Source: Promethearchaeota archaeon
GTDB lineage: Archaea > Asgardarchaeota > Hermodarchaeia > Hermodarchaeales > Hermodarchaeaceae
DNA: 32,000 bases
NCBI GenBank assembly: GCA_048938295.1
Contig: JBHLMI010000003.1
Coordinates: forward strand, 30,001-62,000
Reading direction: 5' to 3'
The notes under the pieces were generated by a model, which was given only the letters and a program-made list of their open reading frames with translations, had not been told where the DNA came from and did no database searches. Shown here piece after piece: positions 24,649 through 32,000 of the stretch. Position numbers and translations under genes: made by a program. Numbering within the stretch: the first letter of the stretch is position 1; each line of letters opens with the position of its first letter.

Positions 24649-25362
24649 CTAGATTTCTATGCGGAGTACACCATAAGTAGTGAGCCACAATCCGATGAGC
24701 ATGAGAATCCGTCCCGATGTGATCACTTGGCAAACGGGGATAACGCGGGTTTCGAGAAGCCCTCCGATTAGTAAGAGGAATAAACCTAGAAAGACAATGA
24801 ACGGTACGAGTTTGGATTCATAGCCTTTGAACTTACGATAATAGAAGTCAATGGCTAGACCTGTAAAAAAGGCTAAAGAGAGACCTACTGTCAGAATGAC
24901 AATAATATCTGGGCGAATATCAGAGATAACCCCAGAACACACCCATTCAGCTGTAGCTGGATTGGATAGAAGCACCACATCGAGTATTACTATGAGCAAA
25001 GGAACGAAAAGGAGGATGACCCCCCATTTTCGAACTTCGAACCACATTGGATGGGCTAAAAGAATACTCCAAAATCCGATGAATGTCACACCAAGCATAA
25101 ACAGGATCCAAAACCATTGCCAGTAAGGAAAGATCACGACAAGACCTGGATGGGTTGGGAAAAACGCTGCACGATAGGTCCATACAGCATGAGCGGCGAA
25201 AAAGAAGAGAAGCGCGATCCCAAACATAATCGTTGGTCGTCGTTCCGGACACCCTTGCTTTGATGCATGATAGAGCGCAATCAAACCCAAAAGGAGTGTA
25301 GATATCATAAAGAGAAGACCGATGGTAAATGTCGTAGCATTCGCCAAAATATATTGGAACAT
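24649..25362 (-). CDS. Stand-alone 7TM membrane protein (HisKA_7TM-like sensor region, no kinase)
   Basis: Seven hydrophobic helices. A GGAGA RBS supports the ATG at 25362 (MFQYILAN...). Confidence 0.7.
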   Translation of the reverse strand: MFQYILANATTFTIGLLFMISTLLLGLIALYHASKQGCPERRPTIMFGIALLFFFAAHAVWTYRAAFFPTHPGLVVIFPYWQWFWILFMLGVTFIGFWSILLAHPMWFEVRKWGVILLFVPLLIVILDVVLLSNPATAEWVCSGVISDIRPDIIVILTVGLSLAFFTGLAIDFYYRKFKGYESKLVPFIVFLGLFLLLIGGLLETRVIPVCQVITSGRILMLIGLWLTTYGVLRIEI

Positions 25363-25494
25363 TAGAACATCTCCATAGTGTTGTTGTTCCGTGACGCTCC
25401 TATAAAACATTGACTAAACTTGTAAAGAAATAGACGAGTAGGAGTACATACTCTGAAAGAATGCACGGCGTCTGGGTTAGTTTCAAGAATTGCC

Positions 25495-26247
25495 CTATTT
25501 GAGAAAGAGATTCGCTAACCGGTATCCGAACCACAAGAGGATGAATCCGACAAGAATGACTGCACGGATACCTACGATTTCAAATGTAAGTGGTGTTATG
25601 AAGAGAGTGAGGAAATCGGCGAGGATACCCACGAAGATAAGTAATAATCCCAACCACATCATCATATCCTTCATGAAGACCTTTTGTCCAAGTCCACGGC
25701 GAGTTCGCATCCAAAGCCAAATGGAAATGAGAGGAACAAGCGCGAGGTAAAACACAGCTGATACTGTAGCCAAGACAGTGAACCCTATTCCATAATAGGT
25801 TCCAAGATTCGGGGCAATCCAACTCACGAACCCATGGACCACAACGTAGGGATGACTTAGGACTGCAAGCCAGATAAGAATGGCATAGCCTCCTAAACCA
25901 ATGAGTGGAATGAGTGCCCCCCATTGGGAGCGACCAGAGAAGAATTCCTTATTGAAAATTCGGATAGCCCAAAAGACCATGAAGAAGGCAGCGAATGCTA
26001 TGAATAGTCCCCATTGGACGGCCCACCCTTGAAGCATAAGCGCAGTGGCATTGGGGATTACTACTATTGGGCGTAATCCAACTGTAAGGTAGGCCAAAGA
26101 AAAGAAGATTAGCATAAATATCGCTAATAGCAAAAGAATGCGGTCTTGTTCAGGTCTGCGAATGTACTCGATAAAGAGGCTCAATCCGAAGATAAGTGTG
26201 ATGATGAATATCGTTAAACTGATGCCAGCGTCTAAAATGATTGACAG
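25495..26247 (-). CDS. Stand-alone 7TM membrane protein, paralogue of the neighbouring gene; probable CTG start
   Basis: The frame is open upstream of the TTG at 26184 and adds a complete first TM helix. GGAGGT lies 6 nt before the CTG at 26247. Confidence 0.65.
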   Translation of the reverse strand: MSIILDAGISLTIFIITLIFGLSLFIEYIRRPEQDRILLLLAIFMLIFFSLAYLTVGLRPIVVIPNATALMLQGWAVQWGLFIAFAAFFMVFWAIRIFNKEFFSGRSQWGALIPLIGLGGYAILIWLAVLSHPYVVVHGFVSWIAPNLGTYYGIGFTVLATVSAVFYLALVPLISIWLWMRTRRGLGQKVFMKDMMMWLGLLLIFVGILADFLTLFITPLTFEIVGIRAVILVGFILLWFGYRLANLFLK

Positions 26248-26394
26248 GTGAAAACCTCCGGAAGCATGACTCCGCTTGAAGACTTATAAAAATGTAGCTT
26301 TTGTGACGATTTTTCTTCTAAGAAGGAACTAACCTTTCCTTTTTTATCGAGAGCCCTGTAATGTTATGCATTCTTCATACGTAGAGGTGATTTC

Positions 26395-27399
26395 ATGGGT
26401 TCGAAACTCCGATTTGCAGTTGAATTTGTCCCACAAGAAGCATACTGGCAGACCACCGCATTAGGGATTTTAGCTGAAAAATATGGCTTCGATTTTTGCT
26501 GGATTACCGACCACTTTAATAACCGATCAGTCTACATCATTTTGAGCCTGTTAGCCAACTATACAGATCAGATTATGCTCGGGCCAGGTGTCACCAATCC
26601 GTACCTAATCAATCCCGTTCAGACTGCCTCTACCATTATGTCCTTGGACAACCTTTCTGGAGGACGTGCCGTCTTAGGCATTGGAGCAGGAGATAAGATA
26701 ACATTGAATCTCTTAGGGATTGAACGTGATAAACCACTTTCAGCTGTGAAAGAGAGTGCTCAAATTTTCCGTACAATCTTTGACACGGGAAAGATCAAGG
26801 ACTTTGAGGGTGAGGTGTTTTCCGTCGAGAAAGCAAAAGTGGCTTTTGAGAAGACCGGGGAAATCCCCATCTATATTGGCGCACAGGGACCCAAGATGCT
26901 GCAACTCGCTGGATCCATGGGCCAAGGCGTCCTCATCAATGCCTCCCACCCAGCCGATTTTAAGTATGCTATGACGCAAATAAAAAAGGGCATCAATGAG
27001 GTGAATCGGAAACTTTCTGATGTGGACATCGCAGCCTATGCCAGCGTCTCAGTCGACAAGAAGATTGAAAATGCCACTAAGGCGGCTACCCCTGTTGTCG
27101 CTTTCATTGTGGCCGGTTCTCCGTCAGTGGTCTTGAAACGCCACGGCATTTCATCTGAAAGTGTTAAGCCGTTAGCGAAGGCTCTTGGGAAAGGTGATTT
27201 TCCCACCGCCTTTGGAGCAGTCACCGATGAGATGCTCGAAGCCTTCTGTATTCGGGGTACACCTGATGAATGCACTGAAAAAATAAAAGCCTTGGAGAAA
27301 GTTGGTATCACCCAATTCGTCTTCGGCTCACCAATCGGACCTAAGAAACGTAGCTCCATGGAACTAGCTAGTAAAGAAATTCTCCCACATTTTACTTGA
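26395..27399 (+). CDS. mer: F420-dependent 5,10-methylene-tetrahydromethanopterin reductase
   Basis: WITDHFNNRSVY, LGPGVTNPY, GRAVLGIGAGD, IYIGAQGPKMLQLAG, VLINASHP and FVFGSPIGP. Confidence 0.92.
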   Translation: MGSKLRFAVEFVPQEAYWQTTALGILAEKYGFDFCWITDHFNNRSVYIILSLLANYTDQIMLGPGVTNPYLINPVQTASTIMSLDNLSGGRAVLGIGAGDKITLNLLGIERDKPLSAVKESAQIFRTIFDTGKIKDFEGEVFSVEKAKVAFEKTGEIPIYIGAQGPKMLQLAGSMGQGVLINASHPADFKYAMTQIKKGINEVNRKLSDVDIAAYASVSVDKKIENATKAATPVVAFIVAGSPSVVLKRHGISSESVKPLAKALGKGDFPTAFGAVTDEMLEAFCIRGTPDECTEKIKALEKVGITQFVFGSPIGPKKRSSMELASKEILPHFT

Positions 27400-27450
27400 A
27401 TACTCTAAAGAATTCTAAAAATCAAAACTGCATTTTAGCAGCTAAGTGGA

Positions 27451-27702
27451 TTATAAATCCTGTTCCATATACGCTTGCCAGGAGAGTGTCGGACTATCTG
27501 ATCCATCAGCCGACAGGGCTAAGGAGGTTACCTTCTTCCGAGTTAGTCGTCCTTCAACAAGGGTTTCCATAAACACTGTAAGATAATGAACGTCACGTTT
27601 ATTCTTATCCTGATGCGTCTCAATGACCTTGACTAACCGGAAAGCATGATCAGGTAATCCAGGAACAGTGCGGGTTTGTGAAGTGATTAGGGGTGGGTTC
27701 AT
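27451..27702 (-). CDS. Small hypothetical protein (83 aa)
   Basis: GAGGG RBS before the ATG at 27702; beta-rich protein-like sequence. Confidence 0.55.
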   Translation of the reverse strand: MNPPLITSQTRTVPGLPDHAFRLVKVIETHQDKNKRDVHYLTVFMETLVEGRLTRKKVTSLALSADGSDSPTLSWQAYMEQDL

Positions 27703-27779
27703 ACAAAAGCCCTCTAATATATATTCAGTATCGCATAACATATATAGCTTGGGGCAATACGCGATATACCCCTCTACAC

Positions 27780-27807
27780 AAATTGAATAATAATTATTAT
27801 TTTAAAT
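27780..27807 (+). other. Candidate dif (Xer recombination) site AAATTGAATAA-TAATTA-TTATTTTAAAT
   Basis: 11-6-11 layout with the inner ATAA-N6-TTAT core. The right arm differs from the E. coli XerD arm TTATGTTAAAT at one position. It is intergenic. Confidence 0.4.
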
Positions 27808-27876
27808 GTATATACACTTTTATGTCGCGTTATACGCATAACCGACAGAAGACGAACATCCAGAATCTCAATTTCG

Positions 27877-28470
27877 TTATAGGGTTTTAACGATCGCCAG
27901 CAACCGATAAGAAGCAAGGGAAGCCAAGTGAGCATGAGCTTCGGCATCTAGGTAATCACCAGCAGATCCATCCAAGAACACCCTTACACGGGCCGGGAAC
28001 TCATCGTCTCCTTGCCAAAGGGCATAGGTATAGGGTACTCGTGGGAGGGCCAGAATGGTGTAGGCTACATCGCCAATTGAGGCTGGCGTTCCGTTGAGTC
28101 GTTGGGCTGCAGCTTCGAAGTGGGTGGGAACTGTGGCTAGATGTTTTTCGATAGGTTTGATAGCACGACCTTCAAATACGGAGTTGTAAACTCGACCACC
28201 AGGAATTGACTTGTAGCTGATATAATCGTTAGTTAAGGGTGTCTCCTTGGCTTTAGCGTATTGATTGAGGAGAAAGAAGATGTATTCGATCTTGGGATCA
28301 AAGGGCTGTTGAAGGGTCAAGTCGGTGATACTGCCATCTTTGAGGTCGACTTCCAGGTCAAGGAAACGCAGCGTGTCAGCGCGAGGGAACCCAAGGCGCC
28401 CTGGGAGAGTGAGAAGTGTTTCTTTGCATTTATCCCAGGTCCATAGGTTGAAACTTTTCATCTCATCCAT
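27877..28470 (-). CDS. DUF3786-family protein
   Basis: YISYKSIPGGRVYNSVFEGRAIKP, ALPRVPYTYALWQGDDEFPARVRVFLDGSAGDYL. Confidence 0.82.
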   Translation of the reverse strand: MDEMKSFNLWTWDKCKETLLTLPGRLGFPRADTLRFLDLEVDLKDGSITDLTLQQPFDPKIEYIFFLLNQYAKAKETPLTNDYISYKSIPGGRVYNSVFEGRAIKPIEKHLATVPTHFEAAAQRLNGTPASIGDVAYTILALPRVPYTYALWQGDDEFPARVRVFLDGSAGDYLDAEAHAHLASLASYRLLAIVKTL

Positions 28471-28654
28471 CTACATCATCACGTCATATCCACGGTAGTC
28501 CGTTTACCATTATTTGAGCGAGGTTTTATGTATACCTCTCTTCCCGATGAGTTTTTTCGCAACGAAACTTCACAAGTAACGCGGTTTCCCGATACTTTTA
28601 AGGCATGATTTGGCGCCCTTATAGATAATCTGAGGTTCGAGATGAGTACCCCCG

Positions 28655-29035
28655 ATGGCGAGAACTACAGTCCATGATGCAAACCACGAAGAGATACTTC
28701 GGGAAATTATCGCGGAGCTGGATCAGCGTCGTGGAATCAAGGGCTGGGCTATTATAAGCCAAGAAGGTTTGCTGATTGAGCATCGAATGCCCGCAGGCAT
28801 CAATCCGCACCTACTGGCAGGGAACGCGGCCGCCTTGGCGCATTCCGCTCATGTTGTCATCGGGCAAACAGAATCAGGTCCTATGAACCGTGTGATACTC
28901 GACGGAGAACGTCACTTCCTCATTCTCGTGGGTGGAGAGAATCAACTTATTTTTCTTGTCATGGTGGAGCACAAAACCGACCTGAAGCCCTTGGGTGAAT
29001 TCCTCGCTACCGCCGCAAACCGATTTCAAAGCTGA
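28655..29035 (+). CDS. Roadblock/LC7 (MglB-like) domain protein
   Basis: GIKGWAIISQEGLLI, LAGNAAAL and the beta-strand pattern VILDGERHFLILV. Confidence 0.85.
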   Translation: MARTTVHDANHEEILREIIAELDQRRGIKGWAIISQEGLLIEHRMPAGINPHLLAGNAAALAHSAHVVIGQTESGPMNRVILDGERHFLILVGGENQLIFLVMVEHKTDLKPLGEFLATAANRFQS

Positions 29036-29049
29036 GACCAAAAGGCCAC

Positions 29050-29562
29050 TTATTTTTCTAAAAAGTCGATTTTGACACCCGAGTCCCTTAACATCTGGAT
29101 TCCGTCTTCATCAGGGTACTTACGCTTCACGACTACGCGGACGACACCTGCGTTGATAAGCATTTTGGCACAGATTGTGCAGGGGGAATGGGTTACGTAA
29201 AGGGTTGCCCCGCGACTACTCACTCCATGAAGGGCACACTGGATAATGGCGTTCTGTTCGGCATGAACACCCCGACAGAGCTCATGGCGTTCTCCGGGTT
29301 TAACTCCGGTTTTCAGCCGTAAGCAGGTTTCTGTGGTACAGTGAACCATATTCATTGGGGCACCATTGTATCCTGTAGCTAGAACGTGCTTATCACGTAC
29401 AAGAACGGCACCGACTTGACGACGAACGCACGTAGATCGAGTCGCTGCTAGGTTGGCAAATTGTGTGAAGTACTCATCAGCGGTGGGTCGACGGCGTTCT
29501 AAACCAGGCTGATTCTTTGCAGGAACCAGGTCGTTGTCATGTGACGTGTTGGAGTCGGTCAT
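29050..29562 (-). CDS. dCMP deaminase (ComEB-like cytidine/deoxycytidylate deaminase)
   Basis: RSTCVRRQVGAVLV, TGYNG, HAEQNAI and PCTICAKMLINAG zinc-binding motifs. Confidence 0.92.
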   Translation of the reverse strand: MTDSNTSHDNDLVPAKNQPGLERRRPTADEYFTQFANLAATRSTCVRRQVGAVLVRDKHVLATGYNGAPMNMVHCTTETCLRLKTGVKPGERHELCRGVHAEQNAIIQCALHGVSSRGATLYVTHSPCTICAKMLINAGVVRVVVKRKYPDEDGIQMLRDSGVKIDFLEK

Positions 29563-29593
29563 TTTCGTGGACCCTAATGTATATACTCAGTCC

Positions 29594-31261
29594 TTATTGC
29601 CCTTGCCCTTTGCTAAGCTTTCGCTTCAACATGGCCTCAATAAACGAGTTGTAAAGTGGATGGGGTTGGTCAGGTCGTGAGGTGTATTCAGGATGATATT
29701 GGACTCCTACCATCCAGTATTTGTTGGACAGTTCAATTGCATTGATGATATGTCCTGTTTTATCTGTCGCTGAAATGACCAATCCAACGTCCTCCGCTTT
29801 TTTCGCGGGATCCCACATAAGGTGATAACGGTGACGGAATCGCTCTCGAACTTGGGTTTTCTTGTAAATACTCCTTAACTTGGTTGAAGCCTTGATATAT
29901 ACAGGATGCCCAGCAAGGCGCATGGTGCCCCCCTTTTCTTCAATCTCCCGTTGCTCAGGTAGCAGATCAACCACGGGGTATGGTGTCTTTGGATCCAACT
30001 CGGTGCTATTGGCTTTTTTCATTCCTAAGGCGTACCGGCATAGAGCCACAAAGAGGAGTTGTGCTCCAAAGCATATACCAAGAAATGGAAGGTCCTCTTC
30101 AACCGCAATCCAAGCCGAACGAATCATCCCTTCTGTTCCTCGTGTACCAAAGCCAGGCGTGAGGAGAATCCCATCATAAATCAGGAGCTTTTCTTTGGCA
30201 TCATCAGTACTCCCCAACATTTCTGCATCCACCATATCAATTGTGACACCAGCTCCCTGATGAGCACCTGCACTTCGTAAGGCTTCGTTGATACTCACAT
30301 AAGTATCCGCCATTGCCACATACTTACCGGGCATAGCAATGCGTAACTGAGTAGTTGGATTCATAAACTGGTTGACAACCGCCTTCCAAGCCGCCATACC
30401 TTCAGGTGGCCGTGCCATCATTTCAAGCCGCTGCAAAATAATGGCATCCAATCCCTGCTCGTAAAATTTAAGAGGTATTTCATAAATTTCATCCAAGTCG
30501 GGATTGGAAATGACAGCCTCAGGGACAACATTGCTATGTAAGGCAATTTTCCGACGCGCTTCTTCAGTTAAAGAAACCTGACTGCGTGCAATTATGACGT
30601 CAGGTTGAAGACCTAGCGCCTGGAGCTGCTTGACCGAATGCTGTGTAGGTTTTGTCTTCAATTCACCCACTGTCGGTAGCAGGGGCACTAGCGTGACGTG
30701 TACCAATAAGGTGTCACAGGATCGCTCCTCGAGCCGAAACTGCCGAATAGCCTCTAAGAAAGGAGCCGCTTCAATATCACCTACCGTACCCCCAACTTCT
30801 ACCATCACCACATCTAACCCTTTCACGGCAGCTCCGACATCTCGTAACCGTCGTTTAATCTCGCTTGTAATATGCGGTATAATTTGCACCGTCTTGCCCA
30901 AGAATTTGCCCAAACGTTCCTGCAAAATCACAGCTAGATAGACTTGCCCGGAAGTGATGTTGTTTCGAGGATGAATAGCCCGCCCAATAAACCGCTCATA
31001 AGTTCCGAAATCCTGATCTACTTCTGCAGACCGATAATCAAAACTGGGGGCCGGAGAAAATTCGAATATTTGGTCTGTAATAAATGGCTCTCCATGCTCA
31101 ATCGGGTTCAATGTTCCTGGATCTACATTTAGATAGGGATCGATTTTCACCAAGTCAATCTCATAACCACGAAACTGAAGCAGCTTAGCAATACTTGCGG
31201 TGGTGTGGCCTTTCCCGATTCCGGATAACACGCCACCAGTTACAAAGATGAATTTGGGCAT
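29594..31261 (-). CDS. pyrG: CTP synthase (divergent, with an insertion in the synthetase domain)
   Basis: MPKFIFVTGGVLSGIGKG, KIDPYLNVDPGT, EVGGTVGDIE, KTKPTQHSV, glutaminase GICFGAQ and QYHPE. AAGGAGG RBS before the ATG at 31261. Confidence 0.95.
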   Translation of the reverse strand: MPKFIFVTGGVLSGIGKGHTTASIAKLLQFRGYEIDLVKIDPYLNVDPGTLNPIEHGEPFITDQIFEFSPAPSFDYRSAEVDQDFGTYERFIGRAIHPRNNITSGQVYLAVILQERLGKFLGKTVQIIPHITSEIKRRLRDVGAAVKGLDVVMVEVGGTVGDIEAAPFLEAIRQFRLEERSCDTLLVHVTLVPLLPTVGELKTKPTQHSVKQLQALGLQPDVIIARSQVSLTEEARRKIALHSNVVPEAVISNPDLDEIYEIPLKFYEQGLDAIILQRLEMMARPPEGMAAWKAVVNQFMNPTTQLRIAMPGKYVAMADTYVSINEALRSAGAHQGAGVTIDMVDAEMLGSTDDAKEKLLIYDGILLTPGFGTRGTEGMIRSAWIAVEEDLPFLGICFGAQLLFVALCRYALGMKKANSTELDPKTPYPVVDLLPEQREIEEKGGTMRLAGHPVYIKASTKLRSIYKKTQVRERFRHRYHLMWDPAKKAEDVGLVISATDKTGHIINAIELSNKYWMVGVQYHPEYTSRPDQPHPLYNSFIEAMLKRKLSKGQGQ

Positions 31262-31363
31262 GTTTCCTCCTTTACTATCCACTACATAAGCCTAGCGGTT
31301 TCCTTGCCGATGCCGGCGCCATAACGTATTTATGCCACATCAAGCAACTGCCCAGCTGAGGGA

Positions 31364-31723
31364 TTGGACTCAATGTTTCGCCGTAAGACGACTAGGCTTC
31401 CATTCAGAAAAGCTTGGGCGCTCATCTTCATTTCCCTCTTAGTCCTGGTCGGCCTATACTTTGGATTTCATGCGATTTCAGTACCTGCCCTGACACCAGT
31501 TGACCAAGCCCGAGTCGCAATTCCCTCACAAGCCTCTCTTTCTTTTTACTCCATAAATTTTGAACCCCCCGACACATCGGATATGCTCTCACAGAGTCTG
31601 ACGAGTTGGCTGCTTCACAGAACCGCGGATAGTTGGTTTCGTTCCATATTAGTTGCCCTCGCAATCCTCCTAATCATGCTGATTGTGATGGCATTAACAG
31701 CCGCCATCCTTCGACAGAACTAA
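31364..31723 (+). CDS. Two-TM membrane protein of unknown function
   Basis: Hydrophobic helices at both ends; divergent from pyrG. Confidence 0.65.
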   Translation: MDSMFRRKTTRLPFRKAWALIFISLLVLVGLYFGFHAISVPALTPVDQARVAIPSQASLSFYSINFEPPDTSDMLSQSLTSWLLHRTADSWFRSILVALAILLIMLIVMALTAAILRQN

Positions 31724-31738
31724 CTCCAGGGAACGCGT

Positions 31739-31841
31739 GGGTTTTCTAGGATGACGGGAAGCATCCTAGAAAGGCGGAACATACCGCTCGTACAGGCAGA
31801 CCCTTTTTTTCGAAGCCTCCAACTCAGGTCTGTCTGTACTC
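31739..31841 (+). ncRNA. Candidate structured RNA element (3' UTR, ncRNA or terminator complex)
   Basis: Three helices: 11-bp perfect (31743-53/31762-72), 5-bp (31773-77/31784-88) and 13-bp (31790-802/31827-39). T7 tract at 31804-31810. No RNA family recognised. Confidence 0.35.
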
Positions 31842-31864
31842 AATTTTTCACCGTTTCCATTAAC

Positions 31865-31894
31865 TTTATATATGTGTATCAATCGATATACATA
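31865..31894 (+). promoter_or_regulatory. TATA box (TTTATATA) overlapped by the inverted repeat TATGTGTATC-AATC-GATATACATA
   Basis: Consensus TATA box plus a 10-bp-arm palindrome with one mismatch. The controlled gene is near or beyond the window edge. Confidence 0.45.
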
Positions 31895-32000
31895 GCGTGG
31901 CAAGGTATCTTGTGTAACGAGATTCTGTGCCTATCAAGGCGTATTGTCTCGCATATAACACAAGCTTGCTGCCTTCGACAACCGCTCTCAGGCGGAGAAC

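Noticed and set aside
24649-26247. 7TM proteins as microbial rhodopsins
   Set aside because: No retinal-binding Lys (DxxxK) in helix 7.
29880-31132. Plus-strand ORFs within pyrG
   Set aside because: Antisense shadows of a conserved housekeeping gene.
1-32000. tRNA, rRNA, SRP RNA, RNase P RNA, CRISPR array or intact transposase
   Set aside because: By eye I found no T-loop/cloverleaf, conserved rRNA/SRP/RNase P signature, repeat-spacer array or complete DDE/Y1 ORF. tRNAscan-SE and Infernal would be the definitive tests.

Overview
This is an archaeal chromosomal window. The evidence is eL41, Mer, an AbrB-PhoU regulator, TATA/BRE promoters and GGAGG/GGTGA ribosome-binding sites. An Asgard lineage is inferred from the 40-aa-repeat TPR scaffold, a stand-alone roadblock/LC7 protein, an IPGF-type C-terminal sorting signal and stand-alone 7TM proteins; the exact phylum cannot be fixed without a search. 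The window is mostly housekeeping and accessory genes: xerA-like recombinase, cooC, mer, dCMP deaminase, pyrG, two DUF362 proteins, DUF72, DUF3786, UPF0182, a phosphoribosyltransferase and a QueG-like protein. I saw no rRNA, tRNA, CRISPR array or intact transposase. The most notable observations are: (1) an 889-aa TPR-array protein fused to a nitrilase domain with an intact E-K-C triad; (2) an unannotated 25-aa, highly acidic Trp-containing micropeptide gene with its own RBS and T-tract; (3) a dif-like 11-6-11 site whose right arm matches the E. coli XerD arm at 10/11 positions, in the same window as xerA; (4) a protein with an apparent tandem Cas2/PaaX-like fold and no CRISPR context; (5) two adjacent stand-alone 7TM paralogues, one apparently starting at CTG; (6) a multi-helix structured non-coding element near the right end; (7) a DtxR-type operator and an inverted-repeat-bounded 1-kb segment near the left end. 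All family assignments come from motif recognition by eye, not database searches.
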